64,000 bases of DNA from Hyphomicrobiales bacterium (GTDB lineage Bacteria; Pseudomonadota; Alphaproteobacteria; MED-G09), in the NCBI GenBank assembly GCA_028339975.1, contig JAOLDG010000001.1, positions 72,740 through 136,739 of the forward strand, written 5' to 3'. Positions within the stretch are counted from its first letter, which is position 1, and the number at the start of each line of letters is the position of its first letter. Shown here piece by piece: positions 43,971 through 52,906 of this stretch. The notes beneath the pieces are model-generated. The model was given only the letters and a program-made list of their open reading frames with translations. It had not been told where the DNA came from and ran no database searches. The translations under genes and the position numbers were made by a program.

Positions 43971-44852
43971 TTAGAAAATAATCATTCCATCAATTATAAT
44001 TAATATTAATAAAAGGCCTAATTGAATAAATGATGCAAAAAAGTTTTTCATTGCTGCTTCTTTTGTTTTATTAATGGCCAATAATAAACTAGTCCAAATA
44101 AAATATCCTCCACCAAAAATTACACCACCTAGATAAAGTAGTCCCATATTATAAGCTGCAGGTAGAAGAGATACAAAAACAAGTATAACAGTATGAAATA
44201 AAATTATATAAGTTGTTATCGAATGATTAATGATGTTTGGAAGCATTGGTATTTTTGCTTTTTTATAATCATCCCCAATTGCCATTGCAAGACTCCAAAA
44301 ATGAGGTGGTGTCCATAAAAATAGGATAACAGATAAAATTATAGCTTCAGGAGCTAAAGAAGGACTAACTGCTGCAGAACCTGCTAGTGTAGCAAAACTT
44401 CCAGCTAAACCTCCAATTACAATATTCCAAATACTTCTTCTTTTTAGCCAAACTGTATAAATGCCTCCATAAAAAAAAGCTCCAAGAAAATTATAGAAAG
44501 CAGAGAATGGATTTAGTATAAAATACGACAATATTAAACCACTGAAAATTATTAAGGCAAATATAATAAGCCAAATTGGATTCGGATTTAGCCTTCCTGT
44601 GACAAAAGGTCGCTCAGATGTTCTTGGCATCAGAGCATCAATATCTCTTTCAAAGTACTGATTAAATGCACTAGCACCAGCTGATGCTAGAAATGTAGAT
44701 AATGATAATATGAATATTTCAAACCAATTTAGCGAATTATTTGGCATAATAAAAACGCCAGAAATAGCACATAATGTTATAGTTAGGCTTATTCTAACCT
44801 TAAAAAGATTTATTAGTAATTTAAAAAAAGGAAACATAAAATAATTACTCAA
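43971..44852 (-). CDS. ctaB: protoheme IX farnesyltransferase (heme O synthase)
   Basis: UbiA-family polytopic protein with NQYFERDIDALMPRTSERP motif. Confidence 0.9.
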   Translation of the reverse strand: MSNYFMFPFFKLLINLFKVRISLTITLCAISGVFIMPNNSLNWFEIFILSLSTFLASAGASAFNQYFERDIDALMPRTSERPFVTGRLNPNPIWLIIFALIIFSGLILSYFILNPFSAFYNFLGAFFYGGIYTVWLKRRSIWNIVIGGLAGSFATLAGSAAVSPSLAPEAIILSVILFLWTPPHFWSLAMAIGDDYKKAKIPMLPNIINHSITTYIILFHTVILVFVSLLPAAYNMGLLYLGGVIFGGGYFIWTSLLLAINKTKEAAMKNFFASFIQLGLLLILIIIDGMIIF

Positions 44853-45038
44853 ATATTAATATTAACTAAACTGCCCTAAACGAAAGTTTATTAAAAGACT
44901 TATAATTTTCAATTAAATATTTTTAATTTGGAATCTATAAAATTATTCGAAAATTTAACTTTAGTGTGACAAATTGCATCTTGAGTATTTCTTGACTTTA
45001 TCGGGACAATAAGTAATTTGAGAACCAAGAAATTTCGC

Positions 45039-45064
45039 GACTTAAAGAATCATTTTTTTAAGTC
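45039..45064. promoter_or_regulatory. perfect 8-bp inverted repeat GACTTAAA-N10-TTTAAGTC 15 nt upstream of coxB
   Basis: Read directly from the sequence, in the 226-bp divergent ctaB/coxB spacer. Confidence 0.3.
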
Positions 45065-45078
45065 AAAGCATACTCAAA

Positions 45079-45927
45079 ATGAGGATTTTTATGGTACCTT
45101 TTATTCTTATAGTTTTGATCATTGGGTCAGTACTTTTTCATATTTTTACTCCTTGGTATTCAACCCCAATTGCTTCGAATTGGTCTAACATTGACAGCAC
45201 AATCGAGTTAACTTTTTGGATGACTGGTGCTGTGTATGTTGCTGTGCTTGGCTTTATGACATACTGTGTTATTCGCTTTAAAAATAAAGAGGGTCAAAAA
45301 GCTGCTTATGAACCTGAAAGTAAAAAAGCTGAAGTTATTCTTACTGTCTTAACAACAATTGGTGTTGCTGGTTTATTGGCCCCCGGCTTAATTGTTTGGG
45401 ATGATTATGTCTCTCCACCTGAAGATGCAATGCCAATTGAGGCGATGGGTCAGCAATGGTATTGGAGTTTTCGTCTTCCTGGAAAAGATGGCATTTTAGG
45501 CACAACTGATGCAAGGAATATTAATGCTGATAATCCGTTTGGAATGAATAAAAATGATCCGAACGGCCAAGATGACATCTTAATTGAAGGTGATGACTTG
45601 CATTTAGAACATGAGAAGCCTGTTAAATTTTTATTAAGATCAATAGATGTTTTACACAATTTTTATGTTCCTCAATTTAGAGCCAAAATGGATTTAGTAC
45701 CAGGTATGGTAACTTTTTATTGGATTAGGCCAACTGTTGCTGGAAATTACGAGATTTTGTGTGCTGAGTTATGTGGTGTAGGCCATCATGCGATGCGTGG
45801 TTATGTTCAAGTCGATAATGCTGATGACTATCAAACATGGCTGAATGATCAATCAACATTTAAAGCATTACAAGAACAAGCAAGGCTAGAAGATAAAAAA
45901 GAATTAGCCTTTAACAAAAGTAAATAA
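45079..45927 (+). CDS. coxB: cytochrome c oxidase subunit II (CuA; no fused cytochrome c domain)
   Basis: Two N-terminal TM helices, cupredoxin domain with CuA ligands H...CAELCGVGHHAM. Confidence 0.85.
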   Translation: MRIFMVPFILIVLIIGSVLFHIFTPWYSTPIASNWSNIDSTIELTFWMTGAVYVAVLGFMTYCVIRFKNKEGQKAAYEPESKKAEVILTVLTTIGVAGLLAPGLIVWDDYVSPPEDAMPIEAMGQQWYWSFRLPGKDGILGTTDARNINADNPFGMNKNDPNGQDDILIEGDDLHLEHEKPVKFLLRSIDVLHNFYVPQFRAKMDLVPGMVTFYWIRPTVAGNYEILCAELCGVGHHAMRGYVQVDNADDYQTWLNDQSTFKALQEQARLEDKKELAFNKSK

Positions 45928-45947
45928 TTAGGAAGAGGTCTTTAACT

Positions 45948-47726
45948 ATGTCAGAATCTATAATACCGGAAAGTGAATTAGAGGAAGTTGAACTTTACCA
46001 TGCAAAAAGCTGGTGGACAGAAAAGGTTTTCACCCAAGATGCAAAATTAATTGCAATTCAATATGGGTTAACAGCCTTTGCTATTGGCTTTGTTGCTCTT
46101 GTCTTGTCTTGGTTTATGAGAATTCAAATTGCCTTTCCTGAGCTGTCTATTATTAGTGAAGGAACTTACTACCAGTTCATTACAATGCATGGGATGATTA
46201 TGGTTGTATATCTTCTTACTGCCTTATTCTTAGGAGCATTCGGTAACTATATGATACCACTTATGGTCGGGGCAAGGGATATGGTATTTCCATATTTAAA
46301 TATGGTGAGTTATTGGACTTATTTAGTTGCTGTTTTAGTTTTATTTGTTAGCTTCTTTACTCCCGGAGGGCCAACAGGAGCCGGATGGACACTTTATCCT
46401 CCACAAGCGATTCTAGGCGGGACTCCTGGTCAAGAGAGTGGAATTATTCTTATGCTAGTCTCACTTTGCATATTCATTGTTGGCTTTACAATGGGCGGTC
46501 TAAATTATGTTATTACTATACTTCAAGCGCGAACAAGAGGAATGACTCTTATGAGAATGCCTTTAACAGTATGGGGTATTTTTACAGCAACAGTATTAGC
46601 GCTCTTTGCTTTTCCAGCTCTTTTCGTAAGCGCTGTTATGATGCTATTTGATAAAATCTTATTAACAAGCTTTTTTATGCCTGCGCTAGTTGAGTTTGGA
46701 GAAAATTTAACCTATGGCGGAGGTAGCCCTATTTTATTCCAACATCTTTTTTGGTTTTTTGGTCACCCTGAGGTTTACATTGTTGCTCTGCCAGCCTTTG
46801 GAATAGTGTCTGACTTAATTTCGATTCACGCCCGTAAAAATATTTTTGGTTTTAGGATGATGGTTTGGGCTATTGTTGGTATTGGTGCACTTAGCTTTAT
46901 TGTTTGGGCTCATCATATGTATGTAAGTGGTATGAACCCATACTTTGGTTTCTTTTTCGCTACAACAACGCTTATTATTGCTGTTCCTACGGCATTGAAA
47001 GTTTATAATTGGATCTTAACTCTATGGAAAGGTAATATAAATTTAACAATCCCAATGCTATTTTGTCTTGGCTTTATCGTTACATTTTTAAATGGCGGTC
47101 TAACTGGACTTTTTCTTGGTAACGTCATTGTCGATGTTCCTCTCTCCGATACATACTTTGTAGTGGCCCACTTTCATATGGTTATGGGTATTGCTCCAGT
47201 CTTAGTAATATTAGGCGCCATATACCATTGGTTTCCTCTTATTACAGGTAAAATGCTTCATGAGGGTATGGGACGGTTCCATTTTTGGGTAACTTTTGTT
47301 GGTTCATACTTAATCTATTTCCCAATGCACTATTTAGGTTTTATTGGCGTTCCAAGACGATATTATGAGATGGGACAAACTGAAGCTCTCTACACATCAT
47401 CAGCAGCTGACCTTAATGTTTTTATTACTCTAGCGGCTCTCGCCGTTGGATTTGCTCAGCTTGTTTTTATCTTTAATGTTTTTTGGAGTGCTAAGAGAGG
47501 TATTATTGCAGAAAAGAATCCTTGGAATGCAACTTCTTTGGAGTGGCAAACTCCGGAGCAACCTCCTATTCATGGTAACTTTGGCAAAGAACTTCCAGTG
47601 GTCTATCGTTGGGCTTACGACTACAGTGTTCCAGGCGCTGAGGATGATTATATTCCCCAAGATGTTCCTAATGAAGATGTTAAATTAGCTGACGGTTATT
47701 CAGAGCTAGGAGTAGAAAAAACTTGA
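45948..47726 (+). CDS. coxA: cytochrome c oxidase subunit I
   Basis: 12+ TM, heme/CuB ligands (WFFGHPEVYI, HHMY...), 592 aa. Confidence 0.95.
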   Translation: MSESIIPESELEEVELYHAKSWWTEKVFTQDAKLIAIQYGLTAFAIGFVALVLSWFMRIQIAFPELSIISEGTYYQFITMHGMIMVVYLLTALFLGAFGNYMIPLMVGARDMVFPYLNMVSYWTYLVAVLVLFVSFFTPGGPTGAGWTLYPPQAILGGTPGQESGIILMLVSLCIFIVGFTMGGLNYVITILQARTRGMTLMRMPLTVWGIFTATVLALFAFPALFVSAVMMLFDKILLTSFFMPALVEFGENLTYGGGSPILFQHLFWFFGHPEVYIVALPAFGIVSDLISIHARKNIFGFRMMVWAIVGIGALSFIVWAHHMYVSGMNPYFGFFFATTTLIIAVPTALKVYNWILTLWKGNINLTIPMLFCLGFIVTFLNGGLTGLFLGNVIVDVPLSDTYFVVAHFHMVMGIAPVLVILGAIYHWFPLITGKMLHEGMGRFHFWVTFVGSYLIYFPMHYLGFIGVPRRYYEMGQTEALYTSSAADLNVFITLAALAVGFAQLVFIFNVFWSAKRGIIAEKNPWNATSLEWQTPEQPPIHGNFGKELPVVYRWAYDYSVPGAEDDYIPQDVPNEDVKLADGYSELGVEKT

Positions 47727-48343
47727 GTATATTTAGCACATTATCACAAAAGCCTTGGATGGCAGATCAAGCGGCGATCGATAATAATCATATCGGTCAA
47801 GCAGTATCAATGCCCCTTCCAAGAGTTGCACTATATGTCTTGATGGCTGTAATTGGTGTTTTGTTTTCATTGTTTTCAGTAGCCTATATAGGCAGAATGG
47901 CTTATGGCGATTGGCGAACTTTACCAGAACCCACATTACTTTGGTTGAATACAGCTATAATTATGTTAAGTAGTATTTCCTTTCACCAGGCTACTAAAAA
48001 TGCAAAAGAAAACCAAATTAAAAGGTCTCGCGAATATCTTTTACTTTCTGGTGTCTTAACTTTTGGTTTTATTGTGGGACAGCTTTTTGTTTGGCGTGAA
48101 TTAGTTTCTTTTGGTTATTTTGCTTCAACTAATCCATCTTATGCCTTCTTTTATTTGTTAACGGCCTTGCACATACTTCATTTAGCCGGTGGTCTAATTG
48201 CTTGGACAGTCGTAACCATTAAAAGTTTTATTCCACAAAAGGAAACTTCCGATTTCGCTCTTAAGGTTAATCTTTGTGCAGTTTATTGGCACTTTTTATT
48301 AATTGTATGGGCACTTTTATTTACTATGCTTTTGTTAACATAA
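47723..48343 (+). CDS. cytochrome c oxidase subunit III-like protein (short, 5-TM paralogue)
   Basis: FFYLLTALHILHLAGGLI...VYWHFLLIVW resembles the C-terminal helices of COX3. TTG start overlapping the coxA stop. Confidence 0.6.
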   Translation: MSIFSTLSQKPWMADQAAIDNNHIGQAVSMPLPRVALYVLMAVIGVLFSLFSVAYIGRMAYGDWRTLPEPTLLWLNTAIIMLSSISFHQATKNAKENQIKRSREYLLLSGVLTFGFIVGQLFVWRELVSFGYFASTNPSYAFFYLLTALHILHLAGGLIAWTVVTIKSFIPQKETSDFALKVNLCAVYWHFLLIVWALLFTMLLLT

Positions 48344-48367
48344 ATTCGATTTTTAATAGGATGTAAT

Positions 48368-49075
48368 TTGATGAGTACTACTTCAAAAATACCGCTTAAG
48401 GATGGCGTAGAAGGTTTTGTTTCTGATTGGTCTTCTGATCAAAGGGCTTTTAAGGGAGTACCTTGGGGCAAAGCCATGATGTGGATATTTCTTTTAAGTG
48501 ATACCTTTATTTTTAGTATCTTTTTGATTTCCTATATGACCGCAAGATGGTCGACAGTAGAGCCCTGGCCTAATACTAGTGAGGTGTTTTCACTTACAGT
48601 TAATGGTGTAAGCGTTCCCCTTCTCTTAATTGCCATTATGACATTTATTTTAATTACTAGCAGTGGAACAATGGCTATGGCTGTTAGAAGTGGCTATCAA
48701 AAGAAAAGAAAGCAGGCGGGAGCGCTATTGCTCTTAACTGCTATCTTAGGGATGTCCTTCGTTGGAATGCAAATGTTTGAGTGGAGTAAGCTAATATCTG
48801 AAGGTATCCGTCCTTGGGAAAATCCATTTGGAGCAAGACAATTTGGTTCTGTCTTTTTTATGGTAACGGGTTTCCATGGTGTTCATGTTTCTGTTGGTGT
48901 ATTATTTTTATTTCTTACATCTAGAAAAGTTTTCCGCGGTGATTACGATACGGGGCGCAGAGGATTTTTTACATGGCAAAAAGGACGCTATGAGATTATA
49001 GAAACACTTGGTTTATATTGGCATTTTGTTGATCTAGTTTGGGTCTTCATTTTTGCTTTTTTCTATCTTTGGTGA
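48368..49075 (+). CDS. coxC: cytochrome c oxidase subunit III
   Basis: Canonical COX3 blocks: MFEWSKL, FFMVTGFHGVHVSVG, YWHFVDLVWVFIF. Confidence 0.8.
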   Translation: MMSTTSKIPLKDGVEGFVSDWSSDQRAFKGVPWGKAMMWIFLLSDTFIFSIFLISYMTARWSTVEPWPNTSEVFSLTVNGVSVPLLLIAIMTFILITSSGTMAMAVRSGYQKKRKQAGALLLLTAILGMSFVGMQMFEWSKLISEGIRPWENPFGARQFGSVFFMVTGFHGVHVSVGVLFLFLTSRKVFRGDYDTGRRGFFTWQKGRYEIIETLGLYWHFVDLVWVFIFAFFYLW

Positions 49076-49083
49076 GGTAAATA

Positions 49084-49500
49084 ATGGCACAAGAAGAACA
49101 AGAAGGACAAGAACATCCTATTAGCACATACCTATGGGTATGGTTATTGCTGTTTGTATTGAGCGCATGTTCTTATTATGTTGATTATGCTGGGTTTCAA
49201 GGTTTTACACGTTGGAGCTTAGTACTCCTATTTATGTTTTTAAAAGCTTATTTTATCTGTGCAGTCTTTATGCATATGGTTTGGGAAAGAATGGCTTTGG
49301 TTTTAGCCTTATTTATTCCAACCTTTGCAATTATAGTTTTTGTAGGAATTATGGGCTTTGAATCTGATTATACACAGTTGGGACGTAAAGTATTTTTTGA
49401 TACAGGCAAGCCACCAACAGTTTATGCGGTCCCACATAGTGAGGCTCACAATGATACTCATTCGGATGGCGATGCTCATTCTGATGAGGATGAGCATTAG
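49084..49500 (+). CDS. small 3-TM oxidase subunit (prokaryotic CoxIV/CtaF-like) with His/Asp-rich C-terminal tail
   Basis: Three predicted TM helices with a FMHMVWER block like bacterial subunit IV. Tail HSEAHNDTHSDGDAHSDEDEH. Confidence 0.5.
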   Translation: MAQEEQEGQEHPISTYLWVWLLLFVLSACSYYVDYAGFQGFTRWSLVLLFMFLKAYFICAVFMHMVWERMALVLALFIPTFAIIVFVGIMGFESDYTQLGRKVFFDTGKPPTVYAVPHSEAHNDTHSDGDAHSDEDEH

Positions 49501-49514
49501 ATTAAGTTATAAAT

Positions 49515-50048
49515 ATGTATAAAACACTCTTAATTGCTGTAATAATTTTACTAGCCCCTCTTTCGTTGCAGGCTAAAAATACTAAGTTTATGGACGAAAT
49601 TAATAGGCTTGCTAGTGAAGGGTATGTTGATGCTCAATATAACTTAGCGCGAATATACTCTAATGGTGAATCTGTTGATCAAGATTTAGAGTTAGCGGCT
49701 TATTGGTTTCTTCAGGCTGCAGAAAAAGGTAATAGAGATGCACAGCATCAGCTTGCGAGAATGTTTGAAAAAGGATTTGGTTTAGAAATGGATCTCAAAG
49801 AGGCATTTAACTGGTATAAGCTATCTGCTGAACAGGGTAGTATAGAATCCCAATACAGTCTCGGGTTAGCTTATAGATTTGGTATTGGTGTTGATCAAAA
49901 TTTTACCCAATCTTTGAGATGGTATAAGTTATCTGCCTCAAAAGGACATAGCGGGTCTCAATATAATCTTAATCTTCTATACGAGGAAGGACTGGCAACA
50001 AGAAAAGATATTTCTGATGCAATTAAATGGTATAGGTGTGGAAGATAA
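49515..50048 (+). CDS. secreted Sel1-like repeat (TPR-like) protein
   Basis: Signal peptide (LLIAVIILLAPLSLQA), then about 4 Sel1 repeats (AQYNLARIY..G.GV.QD...A..W...AA..G...AQ..L). Confidence 0.75.
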   Translation: MYKTLLIAVIILLAPLSLQAKNTKFMDEINRLASEGYVDAQYNLARIYSNGESVDQDLELAAYWFLQAAEKGNRDAQHQLARMFEKGFGLEMDLKEAFNWYKLSAEQGSIESQYSLGLAYRFGIGVDQNFTQSLRWYKLSASKGHSGSQYNLNLLYEEGLATRKDISDAIKWYRCGR

Positions 50049-50225
50049 ATAATGAGATCTTTAATTTTAATTATATTCGTTTTTATTTTAACAATTATTT
50101 TTACTTTATTTTATTTTAATAGTCCCTTCATCTAGTCACACTTAGTCCTATTGTTGGGTTAGAAAAACTCCAATCCAGAAAAGTAAGCCTGTAATTATCA
50201 AAATAATAGAAAATTTCATTTTAAT

Positions 50226-50302
<77 letters not shown>

Positions 50303-50315
50303 TTTTTCCTCTAAT

Positions 50316-50756
50316 TTAGTTATCATCTTCGATTGGTACTGACGCAATTACGTCAGAGACATCATCTTCTAAAAAATCATCGTCATCATCTTCATCATCT
50401 TCATTTAGCTCATCAATCCCTTCATCGTCAAATTCAGTTAAATCATCATCAGCATCATTTTCAACAATTTCATCATCTGAAGAATTCTCGAGATCAGGAA
50501 TACTTTCTTCGTCGATTTCTGGAATTACTGTATCTGAGTTTTCTTCAGTATTATCATCTTTATCTTCGGTTTCATCATTCGGATTAATTTCATTTTTTTC
50601 AATAAGTTCTATTTTATCTTTTTCGGGATCTTTTAAAACAGCTTCATTTAAAATTTCACCAGTATAAGGACTCACTATCGGATCCTTATTTAAGTCATAG
50701 AATATTTTACCTGTCGAAGGACAAACTCTTTTTTTACCTAAATCTTTTTTACTCAT
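50316..50756 (-). CDS. FYDLN_acid family protein (TIGR02300-like): conserved N-terminal FYDLN motif with poly-acidic tail
   Basis: N-terminus RVCPSTGKIFYDLNKDPIVSPYTG, then about 100 aa that are more than 50% Asp/Glu. This family is typically found in Alphaproteobacteria. Confidence 0.6.
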   Translation of the reverse strand: MSKKDLGKKRVCPSTGKIFYDLNKDPIVSPYTGEILNEAVLKDPEKDKIELIEKNEINPNDETEDKDDNTEENSDTVIPEIDEESIPDLENSSDDEIVENDADDDLTEFDDEGIDELNEDDEDDDDDFLEDDVSDVIASVPIEDDN

Positions 50757-50843
50757 TTTTATTCCTATTAATTATTATCTCATTTCTCCATTGCCACGAA
50801 GAAACAATAGTGTCAAAACCAAAAAAAGTTTTTTTCTACCAAT

Positions 50844-52235
50844 ATGTCTGCTAAACCTTTAATAATCATGAATCAAGATTTAAAAAATATCAAATTAAAT
50901 AATAACGTTATGGCTGAATTAAGCCAAGGTTTACATGGAGAAATTTATGCTCCTGGCGATAAATCCATTTCCCATCGGTGCGTAATTTTATCATCTATTG
51001 CACTTGGAGAGAGTAGAATAAATGGATTGCTTGAGAGTACGGACGTAGTTTGTACAATTGAGGCAATGCGTTCGCTAGGCTGTGATATTAGTTTAAAAGA
51101 AAATACATGTATTATTAACGGAATAGGTATTGGCAGTCTTATGGAGCCTATTGCCCCTTTGGATTTTGGAAACTCAGGAACTGCTGCAAGGTTGATCATG
51201 GGATTAGTTTCCACTCATCCTATTAAGTCTATATTCACGGGTGATGAGTCTTTATCAAAAAGACCTATGAAAAGGGTTGTAGATCCTTTAATCGAATTTG
51301 GAGCAGAATTTACTCTAAATAAATCAGAATTTTTTCCTATAATTGTTAATGGAAGTAAATTGCCTATTCCTATATCTTATATTACATTAATTCCATCAGC
51401 TCAGGTTAAATCAGCAATTCTTCTTGCAGGACTAAATACGCCGGGTATTACATCAGTGATAGAAAAACAAAAAACTAGAGACCATACTGAAAGACTTTTA
51501 AAAATTTACGGATATGATGTTGCGATAGAAGAAAATAAAGAGAATACGAAGATAAGTATCGTTGGCCAACAGATTCTAGAGGCCGTTAATATAAATATTC
51601 CAGGTGATCCATCTTCAGCTGGCTATCCTATTGTCGCGGGCTTGATATGCAAAGATTCCAACCTAACTGTAAAAAATATTTTAGTGAATCCTACTAGAGA
51701 TGGATTATATAAATCACTAATTGAAATGGGGGCTAAAATAGATTTGTTGAATAAGCGCTCAGAAGCAGGTGAAGAAGTTTTTGATATTTCTGTAAGATCT
51801 AGTAATTTAAGAGGAATTGAAGTGCCTGCATCACGAGCTCCTAGCATGATAGATGATTTTCCTATTCTAGCTGTCGCGGCGTCTGTAGCAGATGGTATAT
51901 CAATTTTTCGAGGACTTTCTGAATTAAAAGTTAAGGAGAGCGATAGGTTGCTCGGTATAAAGCATTTCCTTGAAGTAAATGGTGTTGATGTTTCAATATC
52001 TAACGATGATTTGATTATTAAAGGAAGTCCGGGCGGAATAAGTGGCGGCGGTAGTGTTAATACTAATCTTGATCATAGAATGGCAATGTCTTCACTTGTA
52101 TTAGGCTTGGTTTCTAATAGTCCTGTTTTAATTGACGATTCAGATACTATAAATACTAGTTTTCCGGGATTTATTAATTTAATGGTTAAACTGGGGGCTA
52201 AATTAAAAATAATAGACTTGAGTAAACAAAGATGA
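50844..52235 (+). CDS. aroA: 3-phosphoshikimate 1-carboxyvinyltransferase (EPSP synthase)
   Basis: GDKSISHR, LGNSGTAARL, ...DHRMAMS motifs. The true start may be a downstream Met. Confidence 0.9.
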   Translation: MSAKPLIIMNQDLKNIKLNNNVMAELSQGLHGEIYAPGDKSISHRCVILSSIALGESRINGLLESTDVVCTIEAMRSLGCDISLKENTCIINGIGIGSLMEPIAPLDFGNSGTAARLIMGLVSTHPIKSIFTGDESLSKRPMKRVVDPLIEFGAEFTLNKSEFFPIIVNGSKLPIPISYITLIPSAQVKSAILLAGLNTPGITSVIEKQKTRDHTERLLKIYGYDVAIEENKENTKISIVGQQILEAVNINIPGDPSSAGYPIVAGLICKDSNLTVKNILVNPTRDGLYKSLIEMGAKIDLLNKRSEAGEEVFDISVRSSNLRGIEVPASRAPSMIDDFPILAVAASVADGISIFRGLSELKVKESDRLLGIKHFLEVNGVDVSISNDDLIIKGSPGGISGGGSVNTNLDHRMAMSSLVLGLVSNSPVLIDDSDTINTSFPGFINLMVKLGAKLKIIDLSKQR

Positions 52236-52873
52236 CTTTTATTGTTGCTATTGATGGGTTGGCAGGTTCAGGAAAGGGAGTATTAGCCAAGGGTATTTCT
52301 AATAGATTTAATTTTTCATATTTTGATACCGGTATCTTATACAGAGGCCTTGCATACCTTTCACTTAAGAAGCATGGCGAAAACTTTACTGAGGATAATG
52401 TCATAAATATTGCAAAATCTTATAATATCGATGAAATTGACCAGCAGAAAATTCGTTCTTCAGTTGTAAGTAAATATGCATCAGTAATAGGCTCTATTCC
52501 TGAGGTAAGAGAAATTTTAACAAAAATTCAAAGACAATTTAAGGAAAAATCAACCAACGATAACGGAATTGTTGTTGATGGAAGGGATATTGGGACCGTT
52601 ATTTTTCCAAATGCAGACGTAAAATTTTTTATTTCTGCATCTATTGATGAACGGGCTAAAAGAAGACTAAATGACTTTTCTCAAAGGAATGAAAAAATTT
52701 CTTACAATCAGGTGATAAAACAATTGCAAAAAAGGGATCAACGAGATAAGGAAAGAAGCGTTGCACCTTTAGTTGCAGCAAAAGACGCTCATCTTATTGA
52801 TACTACAAAGATTAATAAAGAAGAGACATTAGAGATAGCTTCATCTTTAATCATCCAAAAGCTAGATGGTTAG
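52232..52873 (+). CDS. cmk: cytidylate kinase
   Basis: P-loop IAIDGLAGSGKG. ATGA overlap with aroA. Conserved aroA-cmk-rpsA order. Confidence 0.9.
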   Translation: MTFIVAIDGLAGSGKGVLAKGISNRFNFSYFDTGILYRGLAYLSLKKHGENFTEDNVINIAKSYNIDEIDQQKIRSSVVSKYASVIGSIPEVREILTKIQRQFKEKSTNDNGIVVDGRDIGTVIFPNADVKFFISASIDERAKRRLNDFSQRNEKISYNQVIKQLQKRDQRDKERSVAPLVAAKDAHLIDTTKINKEETLEIASSLIIQKLDG

Positions 52874-52906
52874 GTTGAAAAATTAATAAGTAAGGGAGAA
52901 TATTTT

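Noticed and set aside
50333-50587. 84-aa plus-strand ORF extremely rich in His/Leu/Gln (HHLHHLHLAHQ...)
   Set aside because: It is the antisense of the GAT/GAA-rich acidic tail of the FYDLN_acid gene, a compositional artefact.
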